Source of the DNA: Pseudomonadales bacterium
GTDB taxonomy: Bacteria; Pseudomonadota; Gammaproteobacteria; Pseudomonadales; Pseudohongiellaceae
NCBI GenBank assembly: GCA_032251455.1
Contig: JAVVEG010000013.1
Location: 24,532-88,531 of the forward strand
Direction of reading: 5' to 3'
DNA length: 64,000 nt
The translations under genes and the position numbers were made by a program. This document shows, one piece after another, positions 39,413-49,211 of this stretch. The notes beneath the pieces were generated by a model that was given only the letters and a program-made list of their open reading frames with translations, ran no database searches and was not told the DNA's origin. Position 1 is the stretch's first letter. Each line of letters begins with the position of its first letter.

Positions 39413-41397
39413 TGATACCGGAACTGGGCCAGTTATCACTCATTCTTGCTTTTGGGCTGTGTCTGATACTGGGTACGCTGCCCCTGATCGGAGCAAGCCA
39501 GGGTAAGCTGCTGTGGATTGGTCTGGCGCGACCACTGACAGCAGGCATTTTTGTGTTCTTGAGTTTGAGCCTGTTGATCCTCGGCTATGCCTTCGTGGTG
39601 GATGATTTTTCTGTGTTGTTTGTTGCCCAGCATTCCAACAGCATGCTGCCCCTGCAGTACAAGATAACTGCGGTGTGGGGCGGGCATGAAGGTTCCTTTT
39701 TGTTCTGGACCTGGATGCTGAGTGCCTGGATGCTGGCGGTGAGTATTTTCAGCAAATCCATGCCCGATGAGTTTGTGGCCAGGGTGCTGGGTATCATGGG
39801 ACTTATTGGTGTGGGTTATACCTTGTTCATGCTGGCTACTTCCAACCCGTTTGATCGGGTATTGCCCTTGTCTCCCCCGGATGGGGCTGACCTGAATTCA
39901 GCCTTGCAGGATTTTGGTTTCATCATACATCCTCCTTCCCTGTACATGGGTTATGTTGGTTTTTCGGTGGTGTTTGCCTTTGCCATCGCGGCATTGTTGA
40001 GCGGCCGGCTGGATTCAGCCTGGGCACGCTGGTCCCGTCCCTGGGCCAATGCAGCCTGGGCGATTCTGACCATAGGTATCGCGCTGGGCTCCTGGTGGGC
40101 CTATTACGAACTTGGTTGGGGTGGCTGGTGGGCCTGGGATCCGGTGGAAAACCCACCCATGATTACCTGGTTGCTGGGCACCGCCCTGGTGCACTCTCTG
40201 GCGGTAACCGAGAAGCGCGGCGTGTTCAAAAGCTGGACTGTGCTGCTCGCTATTCTGGCTTTCGCCGGCAGTTTGCTGGGAACCTTCATTACCCGCTCGG
40301 GCTTGTTGACTTCGGTGCATGCCTTTGCCAGCGATCCAACCCGTGGCATTTATATTCTGGCCTTCCTGGTGCTGGTAATAGGTGGTTCACTGGTACTCTT
40401 TGCGGTAAGGGCACCACTGATGAAAAGCAATTTTGGCTTTGGCGCCTTCTCCCGGGAATTGTTTCTGCTGGTCAATAATATCATCCTGGTCGTGGCCAGT
40501 GCGGCCATTCTGCTGGGGACGCTTTATCCGATGGTGTATCAGGCACTCAGCGGGGGTGAGCTGCTTTCTGTGGGGCCACCTTATTTCAATTTCATTTTTG
40601 TCCCCTTGATGGCCTTGTTGGTTGTCTGTCTTGGACTGGGTACAGTCAGTCGCTGGAAGAAGACCTCACCGGATTACCTGCGGCAGCAATTATTGCGGGT
40701 GTGCATGGCCAGTATCGGGCTTGGTTTGTTGCTGCCATTGATCATTACCTTTGAAATTTCCCTGGCGGCAATCATAACCGTCGCGTTGAGCAGTTGGATT
40801 GTGCTGGTCATGCTCAAGGACCTTTCCGGCAAGGTTGCCAATAAAGCGAGCAAGCTGGCTGGCTTGCGCAGCCTCACTCCCAGCTACTGGGGAATGCAAC
40901 TGGCCCATCTGGGTTTTGCTGTCACGGTGGCTGGTGCAGGGTTGACCAGTATCTACAGCATTGAAAAAAGTGTTCTGCTGCAACCTGGGCAGTCGGTGGA
41001 GCTGGGCCGCTATGAGTTCAACTTTGCTGGCACCAATTCGGAACCGGGTCCAAATTATTTTGCCGAAAAAGCCAGTTTTCAGGTGTATCGCGATGGCAGT
41101 TACTATCGTGAATTGAATCCGGAAAAACGGCTTTACCCGGCCAGCGGTTCGCCGTCTACGGAGATGGCCATCGATGCCGGTTTTTTCCGGGATCTGTTCA
41201 TCACTCTGGGTGATTCACGGGCCAATGGTGCCTGGTCAATGACAATTTATATCAAGCCTTTCGTGCGCTGGGTCTGGCTGGGTTCCTTGTTGATGGCATT
41301 TGGCGGTGTTCTGGCGGTGACGGACAAGCGGTATCGAAAATTACGTGAACGCAATCGGCAACCGGTAATTGAATCCGGTATTCAGGCAACGGCATGA
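39409..41397 (+). CDS. ccmF: Cytochrome c heme lyase subunit CcmF
   Basis: Large polytopic protein with the WWAWDPVEN tryptophan-rich motif. Confidence 0.95.
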   Translation: MMIPELGQLSLILAFGLCLILGTLPLIGASQGKLLWIGLARPLTAGIFVFLSLSLLILGYAFVVDDFSVLFVAQHSNSMLPLQYKITAVWGGHEGSFLFWTWMLSAWMLAVSIFSKSMPDEFVARVLGIMGLIGVGYTLFMLATSNPFDRVLPLSPPDGADLNSALQDFGFIIHPPSLYMGYVGFSVVFAFAIAALLSGRLDSAWARWSRPWANAAWAILTIGIALGSWWAYYELGWGGWWAWDPVENPPMITWLLGTALVHSLAVTEKRGVFKSWTVLLAILAFAGSLLGTFITRSGLLTSVHAFASDPTRGIYILAFLVLVIGGSLVLFAVRAPLMKSNFGFGAFSRELFLLVNNIILVVASAAILLGTLYPMVYQALSGGELLSVGPPYFNFIFVPLMALLVVCLGLGTVSRWKKTSPDYLRQQLLRVCMASIGLGLLLPLIITFEISLAAIITVALSSWIVLVMLKDLSGKVANKASKLAGLRSLTPSYWGMQLAHLGFAVTVAGAGLTSIYSIEKSVLLQPGQSVELGRYEFNFAGTNSEPGPNYFAEKASFQVYRDGSYYRELNPEKRLYPASGSPSTEMAIDAGFFRDLFITLGDSRANGAWSMTIYIKPFVRWVWLGSLLMAFGGVLAVTDKRYRKLRERNRQPVIESGIQATA

Positions 41398-41473
41398 GCC
41401 ATTCAGCAATGATGCCAAGTGGATCGGGTGTGGTTGTTCAAGCAAGTGGCTGTGAAGGAGGTCAGTTGTCATC

Positions 41474-42016
41474 ATGTTGCGATTGAAACTGTTTCTGCCG
41501 GTCATCATCTTTCTGGTCATGGCGGCAGCCCTGTGGCGAGGGCTTTATCTGGACAGCAGAACCCTGCCTTCGGTGCTGATAGATAAACCCCTGCCGGAAT
41601 TTTCGCTGCCGACCTTGGAAGTAGGCCAACGCCTGGTCAGCAAGCAGGATTTGCCGGACGAACCATTCCTGCTCAATATCTGGGGCAGTTACTGCCTGCC
41701 CTGCCTGCAGGAAAATCCGATTTTCATGGCGGCAGCCGAGGCAGACATCATTCCGATCATCGGCATCAATTACAAGGATAGCAATCCCGCGGCAGAACGC
41801 TGGCTGGATGAAAATGGCAATCCCTTTACCTTCAGCGTGGTTGATGCCGAGGGGCGTCTGGGCATTGATCTGGGTGTCTACGGTGCGCCTGAAACGTTCC
41901 TGGTGGATGCGCAGGGGGTGATCCGCTACAAACATATCGGTGTGATTGATTACCGTTCCTGGGAAGATGAAATAATGCCTGCAATCGCTGAGCTAAGGCA
42001 GGAGTCCGATAACTGA
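41474..42016 (+). CDS. ccmG: Periplasmic thiol:disulfide oxidoreductase CcmG/DsbE
   Basis: N-terminal anchor, thioredoxin-fold CxxC (WGSYCLPC) and a GVYGAPETFLVD motif. Confidence 0.9.
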   Translation: MLRLKLFLPVIIFLVMAAALWRGLYLDSRTLPSVLIDKPLPEFSLPTLEVGQRLVSKQDLPDEPFLLNIWGSYCLPCLQENPIFMAAAEADIIPIIGINYKDSNPAAERWLDENGNPFTFSVVDAEGRLGIDLGVYGAPETFLVDAQGVIRYKHIGVIDYRSWEDEIMPAIAELRQESDN

Positions 42017-42501
42017 TGCGCTTCATGCTGCTGGTCTTGCTGACTGTCCTGTATTTTCCGATAACGACACTGGTGTCGCCGGCAATGGCAGCGGTTGATG
42101 TCTATGAGTTCGAGACTGACGAACAGCAGCAACGTTTTCGGCGTCTGTCTGATGAATTTCGTTGCCCCATGTGCCAAAACACCAGCCTGACCGGGTCGAC
42201 AGGAGGAGTTGCCGAGGACCTGCGCCGGGAGATTTACCGGATGATCGTGGCGGGCGAAACCGATCAGCAAATTGAACAGTTCATGTTCGAGCGTTACGGC
42301 GATTTTATTTTTTATCGCCCGCGATTGACCCTGGAAACCGTGCTGCTGTGGTTTGGACCTTTGCTGTTCCTGATCATTGGTGGCATTGTCATAGTCCGCA
42401 TAGCCCGCAGTTCTCGTTCCAGCAACGAAGAGGATGCGCAGGCATTGCCACCTGAAGAGCAGGAACGTTTGCGTGATCTGCTGAAGAAAATGGGGAATTG
42501 A
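42016..42501 (+). CDS. ccmH: Cytochrome c maturation protein CcmH
   Basis: Signal peptide plus the FRCPMCQNTSL CxxC motif. Confidence 0.9.
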   Translation: MRFMLLVLLTVLYFPITTLVSPAMAAVDVYEFETDEQQQRFRRLSDEFRCPMCQNTSLTGSTGGVAEDLRREIYRMIVAGETDQQIEQFMFERYGDFIFYRPRLTLETVLLWFGPLLFLIIGGIVIVRIARSSRSSNEEDAQALPPEEQERLRDLLKKMGN

Positions 42502-42502
42502 T

Positions 42503-43762
42503 TTGTTCTGGTTGATAGCTGTACTGCTGATACTGTTGGCCTCTCTTTTTGTATTGGTCCCGCTTTGGCGTTTACTGAACAAGGCTGGCACCGATCAGTC
42601 CGATATCCAGAACAGCGTCAATCTGGGTATTTATCGGGAACGTCTTGAAGAACTGGAACAGGAATTGACCCAGGGCAACCTGGATGAAAACCAGTTCAAT
42701 ACCAGCAAGCATGAACTTGAGCGCTTGTTACTGGTGGATGTGAGCAACACGGACGAGCCTGCCTCTCTCTCTGCCACTGCCACTGCCACTGCCGCTGCAA
42801 GCTGGAAAAGCCCGGTGGGTCTGGTGCCGCTGCTGGCTGTCATGCTGTTGCCGGTATTGACCTGGGTAGCCTATGAGCAATGGGGTTTTCGCACCGAGCT
42901 TGAACTGAGAGAACTGAACAATCTGACCCTGGCAGCCCAGGAAAACCCCGAGCAGGCATTGAGCGTAGTCTATCAGTTGACGGATTTCATCGATGCCAAC
43001 CGCGACAGCGGCTGGGCCTGGTATTTTCTGGCGCAGAATCTGTCAGTGCTGGGACAATATCAGGAAGTGTCGGTCGCGTTGCGACGCGCCAGTGAATTGA
43101 TCGAACAGGATCAGGACAAGGCTTTTTTGTTGGCACGCCTGGCCCTCAATGACTACTTGCTGGCAGACAGGAAAATGACGCCGCAGATACAGGATCTGAT
43201 CGAGCAGGTCAGGCGGCTTGACCCGGCACAACCGTATATCCTGCAGATTCTGGCGGTGGAAGCGGAAAACCAGAATGATCCCCAGGCGGCCATTACCTAT
43301 TGGCGACGCTTGCTGCAGCTTGCAGCATCAAGCGAGGAAAGGGATTTTTTACAGGAACACATTGCGACCCTGCAGGCAAGTATAGCCGTACAGGGTGGAC
43401 AGGAGGAGACGCTTTCCGGTCCGGTAATCGATGTCCAGGTCAGCCTGGCTCCAGGGTTGGAGCTGGCACCGCAAACCCGTGTGTTTGTTTCGGCATTGGG
43501 CGCTGATGGCACAGGCCAACCGCTGGCGGCCAAGGTGCTGACCGTTGCCGAATTGCCGGCAACTGTGCGGCTGGATAATTCCTCTGCTGTTGGCCCCAGA
43601 AATCTGGCTTCGGCGGATATGGTGTATATTGTGGCCACGGCCTCGATGAGTGGAACCGCCAATGTACAGGCAGGGGATTATCAGGTCCGCTCGGATGGGT
43701 TTCAACATGCCGGTACTCATGCGATCATAGAGCTGGAAATCAAGGATCAGGTACAGCCCTGA
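42503..43762 (+). CDS. ccmI: Cytochrome c maturation protein CcmI (CycH-like, TPR)
   Basis: N-terminal TM hairpin, a TPR-like middle and its position after ccmH. TTG start directly after the ccmH stop. Confidence 0.8.
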   Translation: MFWLIAVLLILLASLFVLVPLWRLLNKAGTDQSDIQNSVNLGIYRERLEELEQELTQGNLDENQFNTSKHELERLLLVDVSNTDEPASLSATATATAAASWKSPVGLVPLLAVMLLPVLTWVAYEQWGFRTELELRELNNLTLAAQENPEQALSVVYQLTDFIDANRDSGWAWYFLAQNLSVLGQYQEVSVALRRASELIEQDQDKAFLLARLALNDYLLADRKMTPQIQDLIEQVRRLDPAQPYILQILAVEAENQNDPQAAITYWRRLLQLAASSEERDFLQEHIATLQASIAVQGGQEETLSGPVIDVQVSLAPGLELAPQTRVFVSALGADGTGQPLAAKVLTVAELPATVRLDNSSAVGPRNLASADMVYIVATASMSGTANVQAGDYQVRSDGFQHAGTHAIIELEIKDQVQP

Positions 43763-43789
43763 CTCTTCAACAAGCATCGCAACTAGCTG

Positions 43790-44827
43790 ATGATAGACAG
43801 GATATCCATGCAAAACCCGGCACGAACAACACAAAATTCGCCAGCCCTGATTGATACCTTTGGGCGTCGGGTAGACTATGTGCGTCTGTCAGTGACGGAT
43901 CGCTGTGATTTCCGCTGTGTCTACTGCATGACGGAGGAGATGCAGTTTCTGCCACGCAGTCAGGTCTTGTCGCTGGAAGAAATACATACCGTTGCCCGGG
44001 CATTTACCGAACTCGGGGTTGACAAGATTCGCCTGACCGGGGGGGAGCCTCTGGTACGCAACAATATACTTTCCCTTATCCGCAATATAGGGCAGTTGCC
44101 AGGTTTGAAGGAGCTGTTGCTGACCACCAATGGTGCACAGCTGGACAAATACGCAGCGCCATTGCGTGACGCGGGTGTCAATCGCATCAACATAAGTATC
44201 GATAGCCTGGATGCAGAACGCTTTCAGCGTATCTCGCGAGTAGGCAAACTGGACAAGGTACTGGCAGGCATAGAAGCAGCCCGTGCGCAGCAGTTCGAGC
44301 GGATTCGCTTGAATGCCGTCATCATGAAGTCCTATAACGAAGATGAGGTGTTGCGCCTCACCGACTATGCCCTGGAACGCGGTCTGGATATCGCCTTTAT
44401 CGAAGAAATGCCGCTTGGCCAGGCCTCGGAACACGATCGGGAAAGCACCGTCTGCAGCAATGAGTGGGTCAGGCAGCAGATTGAGCAGAAATACGCCTTG
44501 CTGAGCAGTGCCGAGACCACGGCCGGCCCGTCGCGGTATTACCAGGTTCCTGGGCATAAAAGCCGCATCGGCTTCATTTCTCCGGTCAGTCATAATTTCT
44601 GTGAAACCTGCAATCGTGTCCGCGTCACTGTGGAAGGCAGGTTGTTGTTATGTCTGGGGAATGAGCATTCCGTGGATTTGCGCGAGGTACTGCGCAGCAA
44701 AACCGCAGATTTTGCCGACCTGAAACAGGCAATAATCGACGCCATGGCAATCAAACCTGAGCGACATTATTTTTATGACAAGGATTATGCGCAACCAGTG
44801 CGGTTGATGAACATGACCGGTGGTTGA
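43790..44827 (+). CDS. moaA: GTP 3',8-cyclase MoaA (radical SAM)
   Basis: CDFRCVYC radical-SAM cluster and a C-terminal [10 protein letters not shown] cluster. Confidence 0.95.
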   Translation: MIDRISMQNPARTTQNSPALIDTFGRRVDYVRLSVTDRCDFRCVYCMTEEMQFLPRSQVLSLEEIHTVARAFTELGVDKIRLTGGEPLVRNNILSLIRNIGQLPGLKELLLTTNGAQLDKYAAPLRDAGVNRINISIDSLDAERFQRISRVGKLDKVLAGIEAARAQQFERIRLNAVIMKSYNEDEVLRLTDYALERGLDIAFIEEMPLGQASEHDRESTVCSNEWVRQQIEQKYALLSSAETTAGPSRYYQVPGHKSRIGFISPVSHNFCETCNRVRVTVEGRLLLCLGNEHSVDLREVLRSKTADFADLKQAIIDAMAIKPERHYFYDKDYAQPVRLMNMTGG

Positions 44828-44839
44828 GGGTATGCAGCA

Positions 44840-45385
44840 ATGAACAATGTCTCCCGGCCGGTGGTAACAACAACCGAGCAGTTTATTTCATTGAATACGG
44901 CAATTGTGACTGTATCGGATACCCGTACCGAGCAGACTGACAAGTCTGGTGCCGTACTGGCTGAGTATGTTCAGGGCGCTGGTCATAAACTGCTCAGCAA
45001 GACTATCGTCAAGGATGATGTGTACCGTTTGCGCGCTCTGGTTGCCGGATTGATCGCTGATGATCAGGTGCAGGTAGTGTTATTGACTGGAGGTACGGGT
45101 TTTACCTTCCGGGATAATACGGTAGTGGCGATTACCCCTCTGCTGGATAAAAGCATAGATGGTTTTGGGGAGCTGTTCCGTCATCTGTCCTTTGCCGAGA
45201 TTCAGAGTTCCACCATACAGTCACGGGCTTTTGCCGGTTTGAGCAATGGTACCATTCTGTTCTGTGTGCCCGGCTCGCCCGGCGCTTGCCGCACAGCCTG
45301 GGAAGGGATTATTGCAGATCAACTTGACAGCAGGCACAAGCCTTGCAATTTTGTGGATAAATTGAAAGTCCCGCCAATGACCTGA
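44840..45385 (+). CDS. moaB: Molybdenum cofactor biosynthesis protein B
   Basis: MogA/MoaB fold motifs (AIVTVSDTR, LLTGGTGFTFRD, CVPGSPGAC). Confidence 0.85.
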   Translation: MNNVSRPVVTTTEQFISLNTAIVTVSDTRTEQTDKSGAVLAEYVQGAGHKLLSKTIVKDDVYRLRALVAGLIADDQVQVVLLTGGTGFTFRDNTVVAITPLLDKSIDGFGELFRHLSFAEIQSSTIQSRAFAGLSNGTILFCVPGSPGACRTAWEGIIADQLDSRHKPCNFVDKLKVPPMT

Positions 45386-45478
45386 ACGGTAATCAGCCTG
45401 TCATTTCAGTTGTGGAAGTTGTTGAAAGCAATAAGTGGGGAAGGGTGGTTCTGTACGTTCAACTGCAGTGGGGTATCG

Positions 45479-45540
45479 AAAAAATAAAGGGATATCGGGT
45501 CATTTCAAGAGGTTTTCCTCTCTGTTAACCCTCTATCCCC
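45479..45540 (-). terminator. Candidate intrinsic terminator of the small minus-strand transcript
   Basis: On the minus strand: GGGATAGAGGG...(inner hairpin AGAGG-aaaa-CCTCT)...CCCGATATCCC followed by TTTATTTTTT. Confidence 0.4.
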
Positions 45541-45626
45541 AACTTCCTTCTTGCAGGTCTTCATAAACTGCTCCCTTTTACAGGGCGGATATTTTACCAG
45601 CGCAGGCACTGGCCCGTTTGACCGCT

Positions 45627-45728
45627 TCAGGCAACAGCAAGAATGGTCAATACAGGAACAGCAATGGCAGCAGTCATGACTGCTGCAGATAACAGGGCAG
45701 CTTTGGCATTATTGATAATATCGTTCAT
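45627..45728 (-). CDS. Orphan 33-aa hydrophobic small protein (MNDIINNAKAALLSAAVMTAAIAVPVLTILAVA)
   Basis: The ATG is preceded by a perfect AAGGAG at 7 nt. One predicted TM helix. Promoter-like TTACTT-N16-TACTAT at 45818-45791 (minus strand). No family recognised. Confidence 0.45.
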   Translation of the reverse strand: MNDIINNAKAALLSAAVMTAAIAVPVLTILAVA

Positions 45729-45888
45729 TTGGGTATCTCCTTTTAAGATGGTTACAATAGCTGGGGTTTCCTGACCAGCCAACGGGACGTATAGTAACAC
45801 ATTAAAGAAAAAAAGTAACACTTAGTGTGTAAAAAAATAACTAATTCGGTGAATTTATCGGAATTTGCGTTAAAAGGAATGATTTTCT

Positions 45889-46743
45889 GTGGTGAAAGGT
45901 GACAAGCAAGTCGAAAAACAGCATTTTCTGACTGGCGAACTTGTTGCCGTGCCCGAAAACAGGCAACTGGATATTCTGGTGAACCTGCTGGAAAGTCGTG
46001 GTGCCAGGGTGTTGAGGCTTCCCCTGGTCAGTATTCTCGATGCCCCCGACCCGGAACCGATCGAGGCCTGGTTGACTGAAATAATTGCTGCTCCCTGCAA
46101 GTATTTCATTATTTTGACTGGCGAAGGGGTGCGCAGACTGTCAGGGTTTGCTGAAAGAGCAGGCTGTGCCATGGCTTTTCAGCAGGCTCTGGCCCGGATG
46201 CAGACTATTTGCCGGGGTCCCAAGCCGGGCCGGGCACTGCATGAGCTGGGGCTGAAACCGGATATCCAGGCGGCAGCACCAACAACACAGGGGGTGATAA
46301 GCACACTGGAGAGCTTGCCGGTGGATGGCGCAAGAGTGGCAGTTCAGCTTTATGGGGAAGATCCCAACACCATCCTGATGGAATATCTGGCCAGTCGTAA
46401 TGCGGAGATACTGACAGTGGCGCCTTATGTGTATGCGGATGCCAGCGCTGAGGAGAAGGTGCTGGGTTTCATCGCCCGGCTGCAAGGAAATGAGATAAGC
46501 AGTATGGTGTTTACCAGCCAGCCACAATATAAACGGCTGTATTCGGTGGCAGTAAAGCATGGCCTTGAACAGATCTTGCACGAGGGCTTGCGTCGCCTGA
46601 CGCTGGTTGCGGTGGGCCCGGTGGTGGCCAGACAACTTGAGCAAGCGGGCTTACCGGTAGCAGTGATGCCGGAAACCTCGTTTTTCATGAAGCCCATGGT
46701 GACGGCACTGGTCAATAAAAGAAGGGGAATGGCATGCGAGTGA
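45889..46743 (+). CDS. Uroporphyrinogen-III synthase (HemD)-like protein
   Basis: Two-lobed HemD-like pattern by eye (LVAVPENRQLD..., FIILTGEGVRRL, VAVQLYGED..., MVFTSQPQ). GTG start uncertain. Confidence 0.7.
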   Translation: MVKGDKQVEKQHFLTGELVAVPENRQLDILVNLLESRGARVLRLPLVSILDAPDPEPIEAWLTEIIAAPCKYFIILTGEGVRRLSGFAERAGCAMAFQQALARMQTICRGPKPGRALHELGLKPDIQAAAPTTQGVISTLESLPVDGARVAVQLYGEDPNTILMEYLASRNAEILTVAPYVYADASAEEKVLGFIARLQGNEISSMVFTSQPQYKRLYSVAVKHGLEQILHEGLRRLTLVAVGPVVARQLEQAGLPVAVMPETSFFMKPMVTALVNKRRGMACE

Positions 46744-47507
46744 TGAGTTTCAACTGCAATGGTGTCAGGTCAGCTGCCAGAAAAGGATTTTTCGATTGGT
46801 TGCCTGTCGCGGATGCAGATATCGTCTGCCTTCAGGAAACCAAGGCGCAAGAACAGCAATTAACGGATTCGGTGTTCAGGCCTGCGGGTTACCATTGTTT
46901 TTATTATGATGCTGTCAAGAAAGGTTATTCGGGCACAGCCCTGTTTTCCAGGCGCAAACCTGACCGGGTAATACGTGGCTTCGGCTGGGAGCAGGCAGAC
47001 CAGGAAGGACGTTATTTGCAGGCAGATTTCGGTGATCTCAGTGTCATTTCACTGTACATGCCATCGGGTTCCAGTGGTGCCGAGCGCCAGGCAATCAAGT
47101 TCGAGTTCCTGGAACGCTTTTACCCTTTCCTGCAGGCAAAGCGCGAGGATGGCCGTCAGTATATTTTCTGTGCTGACTGGAATATCTGTCACCAGGAAAT
47201 TGATCTGAAGAACTGGAAAGCGAATCAGAAAAACTCGGGTTTTCTGCCAGAAGAACGACAATGGCTGGATCGTATCTATGATGAGCTGGGTTATCAGGAT
47301 GCATTCCGATTGATCAATCAACTGCCAGATCAGTACACCTGGTGGTCAAACCGGGGACAGGCCCGAGCCAAAAATGTTGGCTGGCGCCTGGATTATCACG
47401 TCATTACGCCGAACCTGGCTGCCTCGGTGGAAAGCGCCGAGATTTACATTGAGCAGAATTTTTCCGATCATGCCCCCATTACCATGCAATTCAGAGATGA
47501 GCTATGA
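46734..47507 (+). CDS. xthA: Exodeoxyribonuclease III
   Basis: SFNCNGVRSA...DIVCLQETK...DHAPI, typical of the EEP nuclease ExoIII. Confidence 0.9.
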   Translation: MRVMSFNCNGVRSAARKGFFDWLPVADADIVCLQETKAQEQQLTDSVFRPAGYHCFYYDAVKKGYSGTALFSRRKPDRVIRGFGWEQADQEGRYLQADFGDLSVISLYMPSGSSGAERQAIKFEFLERFYPFLQAKREDGRQYIFCADWNICHQEIDLKNWKANQKNSGFLPEERQWLDRIYDELGYQDAFRLINQLPDQYTWWSNRGQARAKNVGWRLDYHVITPNLAASVESAEIYIEQNFSDHAPITMQFRDEL

Positions 47508-48088
47508 AAAGAATCCAGAATAAGCTGCTGTCATCAGCAGCATTCATGCTGACCGTATTTTTCCTGTTGGCGGGCGTATCGCATGCGCAGACCTTGTCCG
47601 CAGTCATTACGACAGAAAAGGGCGAAATAAAACTGGAATTGTTTGATCGTAATGCACCCTTGACGGTGGCCAATTTTGTCAATCTGGTGGAACGGGGGTT
47701 TTATGACGGACTTACCTTTCATCGGGTTGAGCGCAGATTCATGATTCAGGGGGGAGATCCTGTTGGTAATGGCACAGGCGGTCCTGGTTACCGTTTTGCC
47801 GGCGAGTTGACCTTGCGCCACAACAGGCCCGGCATGCTTTCAATGGCCAATAGCGGGCCCGGTACGGAAGGCAGTCAGTTTTTCATTACCCATGTACCGA
47901 CCCCCCATCTTGACGGCTTGCATTCCGTGTTTGGTCGGGTGACGGAGGGCATGGAGGTGGTCAACCGCATCAGCCGCGGGGATGTCATTGAGAAAATTGA
48001 AATAATTGGTGATACCGAGCCACTCAAACAACGCAAAAGTGCTGATATAGAGCGCTGGAACGCTATCCTTGATGCGGCTCAGGGTTGA
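47504..48088 (+). CDS. ppiA: Periplasmic cyclophilin-type peptidyl-prolyl isomerase
   Basis: Signal peptide plus [15 protein letters not shown]...[20 protein letters not shown]. Confidence 0.85.
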   Translation: MKRIQNKLLSSAAFMLTVFFLLAGVSHAQTLSAVITTEKGEIKLELFDRNAPLTVANFVNLVERGFYDGLTFHRVERRFMIQGGDPVGNGTGGPGYRFAGELTLRHNRPGMLSMANSGPGTEGSQFFITHVPTPHLDGLHSVFGRVTEGMEVVNRISRGDVIEKIEIIGDTEPLKQRKSADIERWNAILDAAQG

Positions 48089-48384
48089 GGAAATACCTGC
48101 CGGAATGGTTTGACACTGACGCTGCGATAGACCCCGGCTGCCACATAGGGATCCTGCTCTGCCCATTCCCTGGCAGCTTTCAATGAATCGAAACGAGCCA
48201 CGATCAAGCTGCCACTGAACCCGGCCGCGCCTGGATCCTCGGCGTCAATTGCCGGATTGGGTCCGGCCAGCAACAGTCGCCCCTGTTGTTGGAGAATTTC
48301 CAGCCTGGCCAAGTGTGCCGGCCTGGCCTGGGCGCGCAAGGGCAGGCTGCTTTCATTGTCTTCGCTGACTATCATGTAAATCAT
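48079..48384 (-). CDS. yciI: YciI-family protein
   Basis: Close colinear similarity to E. coli YciI (RPAHLARL...GRLLLAGP...[15 protein letters not shown]). Confidence 0.85.
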   Translation of the reverse strand: MIYMIVSEDNESSLPLRAQARPAHLARLEILQQQGRLLLAGPNPAIDAEDPGAAGFSGSLIVARFDSLKAAREWAEQDPYVAAGVYRSVSVKPFRQVFPQP

Positions 48385-48443
48385 CGTTATTTCCTGTTAT
48401 TGTCTGCCCCCGCATCATAACCCAGGAACAAGGTGTTGAGCCA

Positions 48444-49064
48444 ATGGCGCAGTTAATCCGGATACATGCCCAGAACCCCGAGCTTCGCCTGATCAGACAG
48501 GCTGCTCAGGCATTGCTGGCTGGCAATGTGGTTATCTATCCCACGGATTCCACCTATGCTCTGGCTTGCCACATCGGTGACAAAGGCGCCCTGGAAAGGA
48601 TTCGCCAAATCCGGCAATTGGATGACCGTCATAATTTTACCCTGATGTGTGCAGACCTGTCGGCTATTGCCACTTATGCCAAGGTCAACAACAGTGCCTA
48701 TCGCCTGCTCAAAACCTATACTCCTGGCCCTTATACGTTTATTTTGACGGCAACTGCCGAGGTGCCGCGGCGACTCATGCATCCGAAGAAGAAGACCATC
48801 GGCTTGCGGATTCCGGATAACGTGGTTGCACAGGCGCTGTTGCAGGAGCTGGGTGAGCCAGTGATGAGTACGAGCCTTATCCTGCCTGGGGAGGACACGC
48901 CCCTGTCAGAGATTCATGATATTGAAGAGCGTATGGGTAAGCGGGTAGATATGATTGTCGACAGTGGTGCATGTGGGCTCGAACCAACCACCGTGGTGGA
49001 TCTGGTTTCCGGGGTGCCGGTACTGTTGCGCGAGGGCAAGGGTAATCCGGATCCGTTTCGCTGA
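48444..49064 (+). CDS. yciO: YciO (Sua5/YrdC-family) protein
   Basis: Colinear with E. coli YciO (VIYPTDSTYALAC, RQLDDRHNFTLMC, KKTIGLRIPDN, LGEPVMSTSL, PTTVVDL). Confidence 0.85.
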   Translation: MAQLIRIHAQNPELRLIRQAAQALLAGNVVIYPTDSTYALACHIGDKGALERIRQIRQLDDRHNFTLMCADLSAIATYAKVNNSAYRLLKTYTPGPYTFILTATAEVPRRLMHPKKKTIGLRIPDNVVAQALLQELGEPVMSTSLILPGEDTPLSEIHDIEERMGKRVDMIVDSGACGLEPTTVVDLVSGVPVLLREGKGNPDPFR

Positions 49065-49211
49065 ACCCTGGTTTCGCAACAGGGGCCTGCAACAAATACC
49101 AGCTACGGATAAAATTAGTTCATAATCGCCGCTGCCATCTGAGATAATGCCGCAGACGCCTCTGCTCGATAGCCAGCAAGAGACCCATCAAACACAATAC
49201 CGGAGTTAACA

